This document shows positions 7,904 through 13,936 of a stretch of 13,936 bases of DNA, piece by piece. Within the stretch, counting starts at the first letter, position 1. Each line of letters starts with the position of its first letter. This DNA is from a virus. The notes under the pieces are model-generated. The model was not told the DNA's origin, did not search any database, and was given only the letters and a program-made list of their open reading frames with translations. Location: the UHGV virus genome UHGV-0300571; one strand, given 5' to 3'. The position numbers and the translations under genes are program-made.

Positions 7904-8151
7904 GCTGTCACCTCTCCGGTTTTAACGTTGATGGTTGTCACCTGTTCCGCTTCGGCAATCTCCCGTTCTGTCAGCGTGGCAAAGTTTGCCGCCGTCGTGG
8001 CCATGAATGCGCTTATCAGTTCGGGATGTGCTTTCGCGTATCCTTCCCCGGCGTGGCGGTCTATCGTTCTGATTGCCACCTTTAAGGCATGCTCTGTCAT
8101 GTCTAATGCGCGATATTTTGGCGCTGTTTTATCTCTGGTTTTTCTGTTCAT
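7900..8151 (-). CDS. Hypothetical protein (84 aa)
   Basis: ATG at 8149-8151 (MNRKTRDK...). Its RBS lies inside the first iteron. Translationally coupled to ssb. No motif I recognise. Confidence 0.45.
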   Translation of the reverse strand: MNRKTRDKTAPKYRALDMTEHALKVAIRTIDRHAGEGYAKAHPELISAFMATTAANFATLTEREIAEAEQVTTINVKTGEVTA

Positions 8152-8349
8152 TCCCCACCACTCCCCACTTTTGTTCCCCACTTTTTAAAATTCCCCACTT
8201 GCTCCCCACCTCGTTTTTTTGTGATTCTAACGTGATGTTTTTCAATGTGTTTTTTACTCCCCACTTTTTTGGGTATATACAGGTGGGAAAGTGGGGAGTA
8301 ACGTTGATTTTTTGTTAAATTCCCCACTCTCCCCACTTTTGTTCCCCAC
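8152..8349. repeat. Replication origin: TCCCCAC iteron clusters flanking an AT-rich segment
   Basis: Direct copies of TCCCCAC (often TCCCCACTTTT) at 8152, 8162, 8175, 8192, 8203, 8258, 8321, 8330 and 8343. An inverted copy GTGGGGAG is at 8291-8298. An AT-rich stretch at 8211-8256 sits between the clusters. The region is immediately 3' of the replication-initiator gene. Confidence 0.7.
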
Positions 8350-8352
8350 TTT

Positions 8353-9768
8353 TTACATCGGGTGAACAGCATCGCCGTCAATAGCGATTACGTCGTCACT
8401 TTCCAGCTTGCGTAACCAGCGACTAAAGTGCTTCATCTCATACCCCAGCTTTTTCATATCATCGCGCAACAACGGAATTGTGCATTTATCGCCGCGCTGT
8501 GTGCGTGAACGGATACAGCCCCATAGTGCGGCATGATTTTCCGTCTTGTTCCCGGCTTCCTCGATGCGTTCCAGTTCAACGGGTGGGCGCGGCTTATCCA
8601 CAACCACCAGTGACGTGATTAACTCCCCGTCAGTGTCGGTAAAAAGCTCCACCACGCGTAAATCATATGCAGCCTCTTTCAGTTCCTCCGCGTCCTTCAT
8701 TTTGGTGCAGGAGATAACCAGGGCTTCACTGTCTGCACCTTCACGGCGAATACGGTATTCAGCGTCCAGAGATGCACGAAATGCACTGGAACCACGCGCC
8801 CCCTTTGTTTCATCCTTGCCGGAATGGTGAACCACCAGTACCGTGGCCCCTGTGCGTCGTTTCAGTTCGTCACATCCACGGATAAACGCCCCCATATCCC
8901 GCGCGTCATTTTCATCATTACCGCCAAAGCAACGCGCCAGCGTATCCAGAATAATCATGCGTACCGGTTTACCCGTTTCCCGTTCAACCTGGCGGGAAGC
9001 GATGACCATTTCATCAACATCAAGCGGGGCTGCCGGAAAAATCGGGCGGTTTACCAGGTACAGATTTTTCACCCGTTCATCATTAACGATTTCCCATGCC
9101 TTGATACGGCGGGGGACACCAATGCCACCTTCACCGACAACATACATCACCGAACCATGCGCAACCCTGCGGCCTCCCCAGTGGCGCCCCGTGGCAACAT
9201 GACACGCCCAGGAACACGCGAGGAATGATTTATAGGAACCGCTCGCGCCGTATGTGCTGCACAACGAATTAGCCGGAATCACGCCCTTAACGACATAATC
9301 AAGCTGTGTGTCGTACCCTGTAGATCCAATACTCATTGGTAGCGTGGTTTTTCGCTGGCTGTATTGCTCGTCAGTAAGTATTTCCCCGCGCTCTGCCTGT
9401 TCGCGGATCCGTTGCAGGTAGTCGTGCCAGTTCTCCAGCTTCTGGCTGTGCATTCCCTCAGGGTAATAATTCGCATCCCGTACACCTGCCGCCGCCAGCT
9501 TTTGCCCGATGGCATTAATATTTGACGGCTTGATGTGGCCTGCCTTGTATAGCCGGACACAATAGCGACCATCGTCGATGATTTTCAGGTCTGCCAGTTC
9601 GTCAAGCTGGCTGTCTCCAAGCCATACAGGTGGCACGTTGTCGCCAGCAAGTCGTCCGTCCTGTTCCTGCCACTGTTTCGCGTGCGCCCAGGCATCACTA
9701 CCCGCAAAAATAATGACTTCGGTCATTTTGTCGTGTGGCTGTTTTTTTAAGTTCGGTGCCAGTTTCAT
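8353..9768 (-). CDS. Replication initiator: N-terminal primase/origin-binding-like region fused to a RecA/DnaB-like (AAA_25-type) ATPase
   Basis: 471 aa. Walker-A-like YGASGSYKSFLA, the motif ...VLVVHHSGKDETKG... and MIILDTLARCFGG, consistent with RepA/DnaB-like helicase loaders of satellite and PICI replication modules. ATG at 9766-9768 overlaps the upstream stop. The iteron origin is directly downstream. Confidence 0.8.
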   Translation of the reverse strand: MKLAPNLKKQPHDKMTEVIIFAGSDAWAHAKQWQEQDGRLAGDNVPPVWLGDSQLDELADLKIIDDGRYCVRLYKAGHIKPSNINAIGQKLAAAGVRDANYYPEGMHSQKLENWHDYLQRIREQAERGEILTDEQYSQRKTTLPMSIGSTGYDTQLDYVVKGVIPANSLCSTYGASGSYKSFLACSWACHVATGRHWGGRRVAHGSVMYVVGEGGIGVPRRIKAWEIVNDERVKNLYLVNRPIFPAAPLDVDEMVIASRQVERETGKPVRMIILDTLARCFGGNDENDARDMGAFIRGCDELKRRTGATVLVVHHSGKDETKGARGSSAFRASLDAEYRIRREGADSEALVISCTKMKDAEELKEAAYDLRVVELFTDTDGELITSLVVVDKPRPPVELERIEEAGNKTENHAALWGCIRSRTQRGDKCTIPLLRDDMKKLGYEMKHFSRWLRKLESDDVIAIDGDAVHPM

Positions 9769-10064
9769 TTTTTGCCCCTGAATGCGTTAATCATGTTTTT
9801 CATTTTCTGAATATTTGCCTGTGCCTTTGCGTTGCTGGTGGGCTGTTTGCGTGGTGTGGCCTGTATCAGTGAAAAATCACGCCGGAACTGATAAACAGGC
9901 ATCACACAGTCATAGCCGTACCCATCACGGCGGTAAGTAACGCACCGTCCTGCCACGCTTTTTATCGTTACCGTGCCGCCGTAGTTATCCCGGAAAATAT
10001 CGCCGGGGTGGATTTCAGGCCGAGCGGGGCCGCTGGCAGTAAAGCCAGAAATTTTCTGTTTCAT
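9765..10064 (-). CDS. Hypothetical protein, possibly DUF4222-like (99 aa)
   Basis: ATG at 10062-10064 with AGGA upstream. The motif ...GDIFRDNYGGTVTIKSVAGRCVTYRRDGYGYDCVMPVYQFRRDF resembles DUF4222 phage proteins from memory. Confidence 0.5.
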   Translation of the reverse strand: MKQKISGFTASGPARPEIHPGDIFRDNYGGTVTIKSVAGRCVTYRRDGYGYDCVMPVYQFRRDFSLIQATPRKQPTSNAKAQANIQKMKNMINAFRGKK

Positions 10065-10069
10065 GGTTT

Positions 10070-10279
10070 TTATTCCTCTGCGCGGGTCTTGTTGTGTATT
10101 TCCATAACCGCGTTTAATTCATCAATAACCGGGGTTAACAGAGTGCTGAAAGCAGAAAATAAATCCCCCCCCTGTTCGGCATGAACTTCGGTTAATTTAA
10201 TTAATACCGCTTTCATTTCCAGTGCCCGATTTAATGCATTCTCAGAATGAATAAGAACATCGAAAGGGATTTTATCCAT
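10070..10279 (-). CDS. Hypothetical small protein (69 aa)
   Basis: ATG at 10277-10279 with GGAGG 9 nt upstream. Contains a G8 homopolymer on the coding strand (plus 10165-10172). Overlaps the upstream gene by 8 nt. Confidence 0.5.
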   Translation of the reverse strand: MDKIPFDVLIHSENALNRALEMKAVLIKLTEVHAEQGGDLFSAFSTLLTPVIDELNAVMEIHNKTRAEE

Positions 10280-10505
10280 GGCTTACATCCTCCGTGAATT
10301 TTCTTCTGTACCGTGCCTCTGCCACATATTCAGCATAGTCCGACGCAATAATAAGAATATCGTTGCCGGTTCCTGAATGTTCAGCGGTTCCAATTAAAAA
10401 ACATGCGGCCTTTATCAGGTCATTAACAGCCAGCAACGCATCGCCTGTATCTTCCGGTGCGCCATCAAATTCCTGTTTCAGGGCATTAAAACGATCATCA
10501 CGCAT
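10272..10505 (-). CDS. Hypothetical small protein (77 aa)
   Basis: ATG at 10503-10505 preceded by a G-rich SD-like stretch. Overlaps the stop of the upstream gene by 8 nt. Weak resemblance to the adjacent 10498-10737 product, suggesting a possible tandem paralog. Confidence 0.45.
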   Translation of the reverse strand: MRDDRFNALKQEFDGAPEDTGDALLAVNDLIKAACFLIGTAEHSGTGNDILIIASDYAEYVAEARYRRKFTEDVSHG

Positions 10506-10737
10506 AACCCCCCCCATTTTCACAATCAGCAATCAGGATGGCTTTAGCCTCATTCAGTGCCATATCAGCACTAAGTTGCATTACAGCCAGTGAATGAGGA
10601 ACGAAAGCCCCGGCATATTCTGTTTCGCTGGTGGCGTGCTTATGCGCCTTGTCTGCGATAACAGAAATATCAATCAGCGCGTGCATCAGCGTTTTGATGG
10701 CTTCGGCGGCTGCGTCCGGACGGGTGTTATTGCACAT
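10498..10737 (-). CDS. Hypothetical small protein (79 aa)
   Basis: ATG at 10735-10737 overlapping the stop of the upstream gene (ATGTGCAATAA). A G8 run lies in its 3' end (plus 10508-10515). Confidence 0.45.
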   Translation of the reverse strand: MCNNTRPDAAAEAIKTLMHALIDISVIADKAHKHATSETEYAGAFVPHSLAVMQLSADMALNEAKAILIADCENGGGYA

Positions 10738-10933
10738 GGCGCACCCCCTGACGAATACGGGCGGCGAATACCATCACACAGCCAGCCGGGGATTGCTGGC
10801 GTGCTTCCTGTTCGCTGGTGGCCTCAATGGTAATCACGCGCGGCTGTGCCGTGCTCAGGGCGATAAAACGCCAGATGTATTTACTCAGGTTGTGCGAGTC
10901 CCGCCCTTGCGGGTGTGTGGTATGATTTAACAT
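10727..10933 (-). CDS. Hypothetical small protein (68 aa), first gene of the minus-strand early operon
   Basis: ATG at 10931-10933 with GAGGT 5 nt upstream. It is the only well-initiated portion of an otherwise implausible 394-aa track ORF. Confidence 0.4.
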   Translation of the reverse strand: MLNHTTHPQGRDSHNLSKYIWRFIALSTAQPRVITIEATSEQEARQQSPAGCVMVFAARIRQGVRHVQ

Positions 10934-11030
10934 AGCTACCTCGATACTTCTGCTATCGTTGGTGGTTAGAAGCCCCGTTACTGCTCCAACAGTGCGGGGT
11001 TTCGTCGTTTCTGTGCCTTGCATTAACAAG

Positions 11031-11111
11031 GTGTAAGACACAATGTAAAATACAAGTGTCTTACACGTCAAGCCTTCAAAATAATTTTTTTTCGTGTATA
11101 TTGTCTTACAC
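11031..11111. promoter_or_regulatory. Divergent promoter/operator region with three GTGT-N3-ACAC operator-like sites
   Basis: GTGTAAGACAC (11031-11041) and its exact reverse complement GTGTCTTACAC (11056-11066), plus TTGTCTTACAC (11101-11111) overlapping a putative -10 (TATATT, 11097-11102) of the plus-strand RHH-like gene. A candidate -35 TTCAAA is at 11075-11080. On the minus strand a possible TTGACG -35 lies at 11067-11072. Confidence 0.5.
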
Positions 11112-11132
11112 CAACAACATAAGGAGTTAGAC

Positions 11133-11312
11133 ATGGCAACAGGTCCAAAGAATGCAAAATCACAATCTGTAACTGCACGTATTGCCCATGAAATTATTGA
11201 AGGCATGGAAAACGTGAAAGAAGAAGGCGAAAGTACAGGGCAGTTTATAAGTGCAGCCATGCGCGGCGAGATCAAACGCCGCCAGCGCCGCAAGGCCAAA
11301 GAGCAGGAGTAA
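11133..11312 (+). CDS. Small DNA-binding protein, ribbon-helix-helix-like (candidate repressor)
   Basis: Strong RBS AAGGAG 7 nt upstream of ATG 11133. The 59-aa product has an RHH-like layout: a beta-strand segment (SQSVTARI), helix A, a G-x-S/T turn (GESTG), helix B, and a basic tail. It is divergent from the early operon and adjacent to the palindromic operators. Confidence 0.5.
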   Translation: MATGPKNAKSQSVTARIAHEIIEGMENVKEEGESTGQFISAAMRGEIKRRQRRKAKEQE

Positions 11313-11369
11313 CCATCACCAGCGCCGTGGTGCGGTGAACTGTGGCGCACAGGGTTACAGGTATCTACG

Positions 11370-11567
11370 ATGACTGACAAATCATTAAAGAAATTATCCT
11401 CATCCAGGAAAAAACAACGCAAAAACGCGGTAAGAGAACATGAACAGGAAAGATTCGCGCCATGTGCGTTTGTCCTTGAAAAGTTCCTTAAAGAGTACAG
11501 GCGCACAAAAATGGGATCGCATGCCTGGAAAACATCGCAGCATGGCGATACTAAAGAGCAGGAATAG
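11370..11567 (+). CDS. Hypothetical basic small protein (65 aa), uncertain
   Basis: ATG at 11370 with only a weak AGG upstream. Very basic product. Followed by an intrinsic terminator at 11670-11699. Confidence 0.3.
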   Translation: MTDKSLKKLSSSRKKQRKNAVREHEQERFAPCAFVLEKFLKEYRRTKMGSHAWKTSQHGDTKEQE

Positions 11568-11669
11568 CCCACCAGCAAGCCAGCGCACTGATCACATTGC
11601 CAACCGGATGTAATCACGGCATAGTAATCAGCGCTTATGCGTTGGGGATAACGTGTAGCTTGTGTTGAA

Positions 11670-11699
11670 GGGCCACCGTAGCGGGTGGCCTTTGTTTTG
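11670..11699 (+). terminator. Rho-independent terminator
   Basis: GGCCACC-GTAGCG-GGTGGCC followed by TTTGTTTTG. Confidence 0.65.
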
Positions 11700-11751
11700 C
11701 CTGTTATCCGGCAATTGTGGCGCTTCGCTACACGGTTGATATAATCCCCCT

Positions 11752-11822
11752 GCACTGATCCAATTTTTTCGCAGCAGGTTAATTGTTCAGAAAGGCGGCT
11801 CCATTTCGGGGCCGCTTTTTTT
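11752..11822 (+). ncRNA. Candidate small RNA (~70 nt), convergent with alpA
   Basis: Extended -10 TGATATAAT at 11737-11745 (with a weak -35 TTGTGG at 11715-11720), then about 45 nt, then a strong intrinsic terminator GGCGGCUCC-AUUU-CGGGGCCGC + U7 (11794-11822). No ORF with an RBS in this interval. Confidence 0.3.
11794..11822 (+). terminator. Rho-independent terminator, possibly bidirectional
   Basis: An 8-bp stem with one G-U pair plus TTTTTTT on the plus strand. On the minus strand the same hairpin is followed by CTTTC, so it could also end the alpA transcript. Confidence 0.7.
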
Positions 11823-11963
11823 ATGCCTGAAAAACCACAATTTTGTTGTTTTCCAGTCTCACCAGGACGAGCGAAGCCCCGCCCCTGTTCGGGCGTATAT
11901 CCAGTCTTCATGGTTAGATCTCTGTATTAGTGGATGGGTGGCGGCTGTGTGCCGCCAGCCTGA

Positions 11964-12152
11964 TTAGTGAACTGCCTCGCAGCTGTCTTTCCATGCCAGA
12001 ACTTCGGATAAAGACCAGCCAACGGAACGACCGCCGAGCTTACGCCGTGATGGGAATTGTCCGGTTTTTTCCAGGCGGTAGCGACATGAGCGGCTCAGGC
12101 CTGTAAGTTGTTGGCATTCTTTTTCACGAATAAAGCGATCTGTGCTTAACAC
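11964..12152 (-). CDS. alpA: AlpA-family (Xis/excisionase-like, winged-helix) transcriptional regulator
   Basis: 62 aa. The motif ...QQLTGLSRSCRYRLEKTGQFPSRRKLGGRSVGWSLSEVLAW... matches the AlpA/phage-excisionase signature. GTG start at 12150-12152 with GGGGGA 6 nt upstream; there is no internal Met. Confidence 0.85.
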   Translation of the reverse strand: MLSTDRFIREKECQQLTGLSRSCRYRLEKTGQFPSRRKLGGRSVGWSLSEVLAWKDSCEAVH

Positions 12153-12441
12153 AAGAATCCCCCTTTGTTGTTTCTTAAAGCGTCATTGGGTGGCTTATTG
12201 GGTTGAGTTGCGTCAGATTGTGTCAGGGGGATTGGGAGTTGGCAAACACTGGTGTGGTGTTCGTCGCTGAAACAGGAGTAATGAGAATAAAAACTCTTTT
12301 AATTCATTGTGATGTAGTAGCGTAAAATTCTGTTTTTACGCCTTTTTTACATGTTTTTAAGAGTGATTCGCCAATGTACAAAAAGCCAGTAAAACGACTG
12401 AAAATCAACTTTTTAGGGTGTCGGTCAGATGATAATCAAGT

Positions 12442-12497
12442 TTGTTCCAGATTGTTCGCCGTTGTTCGTCGTGGTGTCTCGTTGTTTCACGTTGTGT
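12442..12497 (+). promoter_or_regulatory. TTGTTC direct repeats phased at 10 bp (three perfect, two degenerate) in the int-alpA spacer
   Basis: TTGTTC at 12442-12447, 12452-12457 and 12462-12467, then TTGTTT at 12482 and TTGTGT at 12492 in the same phase. Located 30-80 bp from the int stop in a 370-bp intergenic region. Confidence 0.5.
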
Positions 12498-12522
12498 CCG
12501 TTCTGAAAAATCGCAAAAAAAA

Positions 12523-13752
12523 TTATATTTCTCTGGCTATTGGCAGTGTGGTTACGTTTTCGTGAGTACCTGCCAGTATCTCTAACCGCTCTGTCCACAT
12601 GTCCAGCGCATTACGTTTCGCATCGAGATAACGGGAGTGGTTATAGACTCGCTGCATCCCTGGCATCTGGTGAGCGGTGAGTTGTTCGACAATATGCGGA
12701 TCCACGCCTAAATCGTTCAGCATTGTGGTAAACGTGCGCCGTATATCGTGCAGGGACCAGTGAGGATGGTTTAATTTTTTGTGCGTAAATCTGCCGTATT
12801 GTGACACGCTGGCTTCCTGTTTCAGTTCCCCGAGTAATAACCCTGTGTGCCTGTTCTGCTCCACCAGCTGCGTGACGAACGGCAAAATGCTTTCCGGTAT
12901 TGGCCTGAATATGGCGACCTTCGTTTTGCTGTGTTCTTTCGGTACCGTCCAGAGCATTTCCTTAAAATCCCACTCCCTGATCTCCGACAGCCTCAGTTCT
13001 CCGGTTCGGCAGCCAAACACAATCAGGAGGCGGATTAGTGCGCTGTAGTAGGGCGGGAATATTTTTTTATCCAGCGCCTGTAATAATTCGCTCAGTTCTT
13101 TGTTGCTCAGCACGCGTTCGCTTATGCCCGGCTTTTTGCCAACGTCCACCACGTTGAGATCATCCAGAACGTTACTGACTGCGTAGCGACGTTTACGGCA
13201 GAACTTAAGCGCCTGTTTACACGCCTGCATCATGTGACCAGACGTTACGGGGGATTTTTTGCGTATCCGGTCAAAACAGGCCAGCCAGTGACGCAACTCG
13301 CATTTATCCAGTGGCATATTGCCAATATGCTGTATGACGTGATTATTCAGGCGGCTTTTCAGGGAGACGTAATCGACACGGTTTTCCTTTACGTGCATTT
13401 CCAGCCAGTAGCTGATCGCATCACCCACCGTTACCGGCTTTAGTGCTTCCTGTATGGAGTAATTAAGCTCATGGCGTGGATTTTTTCCCTCTGCCAGCCA
13501 TGCGCGACACTGTGCTGCTTTTTCTCTGGCTGCTTTCAGGCTCAGATCAGGATAATTTCCCAGCTTCAGGCGTTCCGGTGATACCTGGCGTCCTGTTCCT
13601 GCCCTGTAGGTGAAATACCAGGTTAACAGGCCGCTGGTGGAGTGTCTGATACTCAGGTTTCCACCGTCATTAAGAAATGTGGTTTTTGGGGCTGGTGTGC
13701 CGTTGATTTTTCTTAGCTGTGTATCGCTCAGTTTGTTAAGTGCTCTGCTCAT
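12523..13752 (-). CDS. int: Tyrosine site-specific integrase (P4-like family)
   Basis: Arm-binding-like N-terminal domain (...LSDTQLRKINGTPAPKTTFLNDGGNLSIRHSTSGLLTWYFTYR...) and a C-terminal catalytic region with ...HDIRRTF...HQMPGMQRVYNHSRY... (catalytic Tyr context). Start is uncertain: ATG at 13750-13752 is preferred, with in-frame ATG at 13770 and GTG at 13773 as alternatives. Confidence 0.9.
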   Translation of the reverse strand: MSRALNKLSDTQLRKINGTPAPKTTFLNDGGNLSIRHSTSGLLTWYFTYRAGTGRQVSPERLKLGNYPDLSLKAAREKAAQCRAWLAEGKNPRHELNYSIQEALKPVTVGDAISYWLEMHVKENRVDYVSLKSRLNNHVIQHIGNMPLDKCELRHWLACFDRIRKKSPVTSGHMMQACKQALKFCRKRRYAVSNVLDDLNVVDVGKKPGISERVLSNKELSELLQALDKKIFPPYYSALIRLLIVFGCRTGELRLSEIREWDFKEMLWTVPKEHSKTKVAIFRPIPESILPFVTQLVEQNRHTGLLLGELKQEASVSQYGRFTHKKLNHPHWSLHDIRRTFTTMLNDLGVDPHIVEQLTAHQMPGMQRVYNHSRYLDAKRNALDMWTERLEILAGTHENVTTLPIAREI

Positions 13753-13775
13753 AATTTTGAATCCGGTCATCACAA

Positions 13776-13842
13776 TTAACTACACCATTAACTACACCGA
13801 TCATTGCACAAGGGGGTACAACGTGGAACAAGTTGGAACAAG
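13776..13842. promoter_or_regulatory. int upstream region: tandem TTAACTACACC (x2) and tandem GGAACAAG (x2, 10-bp phase)
   Basis: TTAACTACACC at 13776-13786 and 13788-13798. GGAACAAG at 13825-13832 and 13835-13842, which reads CTTGTTCC on the minus strand and so matches the TTGTTC motif at 6807-6832 and 12442-12467. Confidence 0.45.
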
Positions 13843-13936
13843 AAAAATTGCAATGAGCTTAAAAATCAAAAACATAATGAACAACGTGGCACATTATGAA
13901 ACAGCAAAAAACACTAATTTATAAAAATCCGCTATT

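Larger units (their letters stand above)
329..13850 (-). mobile_element. Integrative satellite element, cf-PICI-like: int, alpA, replication initiator, origin, and a head/packaging module without tail or lysis genes. Boundaries not determined.
   Basis: Gene content and single-strand organisation read from the ORF track: P4-type integrase at one end, AlpA-like regulator, replication ATPase followed by iterons, HK97-type capsid, protease, portal, connector, HNH, TerS and TerL at the other end. No tail or lysis genes seen. No tRNA or att direct repeat identified inside the window. Confidence 0.6.

Noticed and set aside
8152-8349. Possible CRISPR array
   Set aside because: The repeat units are only 7-11 bp, spacing is irregular, copies occur in both orientations and there are no unique spacers of uniform length. 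This is an iteron pattern, not CRISPR.
8148-8381. 77-aa ORF on the minus strand across the iteron region
   Set aside because: It is a translation of the TCCCCAC repeats (repetitive GGE/KWG-like peptide). The region is better explained as a replication origin.
10727-11911. 394-aa minus-strand ORF spanning the switch region
   Set aside because: The translation is Cys/Ser-rich and low complexity. It runs across the palindromic operators, a hairpin and two plus-strand genes that have strong RBSs. Only its last 68 codons, which have their own GAGGT RBS, are kept as a possible small gene.
12374-12565. 63-aa plus-strand ORF in the int-alpA spacer
   Set aside because: It overlaps the integrase 3' end and the TTGTTC repeat array and has no RBS. 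The region is more likely regulatory.
329-13850. Classic satellite phage P4 or a complete HK97-like prophage
   Set aside because: Nothing resembling the P4 functions (Sid, Psu, Delta, alpha primase) is recognisable, and there are no tail or lysis genes. The content fits a capsid-forming PICI-type satellite better, though this depends on sequence beyond the window not containing tail genes.
13774-13936. tRNA gene or att core next to the integrase
   Set aside because: I scanned both strands and found no tRNA-like 3' end (T-arm GTTCRANYC or a CCA context) and no repeat matching the left end of the window. The integration site is probably outside the window.

Overview
This window looks like one enterobacterial-type integrative satellite element of the capsid-forming PICI (cf-PICI) kind. 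Almost every gene is on the minus strand. In minus-strand order: a P4-family tyrosine integrase (12523-13752), an AlpA/Xis-like regulator (11964-12152), a divergent switch region holding a small ribbon-helix-helix-like gene and palindromic operators (~11030-11312), five small translationally coupled genes of unknown function (9765-10933), a replication initiator with a RecA/DnaB-like ATPase domain (8353-9768), an iteron-type origin (8152-8349), an SSB-like gene, a PerC-like regulator gene, and then a full HK97-type head and packaging operon (major capsid, prohead protease, portal, gp6-like connector, HNH endonuclease, TerS, TerL; 619-6612). There are no tail, lysis or helper-independent functions in the window. 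The most interesting non-coding signal is a set of TTGTTC direct repeats phased at exactly 10 bp, present at three loci (upstream of int, in the int-alpA spacer, and upstream of the capsid operon); I interpret these as candidate sites for one Xis/AlpA-like protein. Other signals are the iteron origin, a candidate cos site between HNH and TerS, several intrinsic terminators, and a candidate small RNA convergent with alpA. All family assignments come from reading motifs by eye, not from database searches. Element boundaries (att sites, tRNA) are not resolved within the window.
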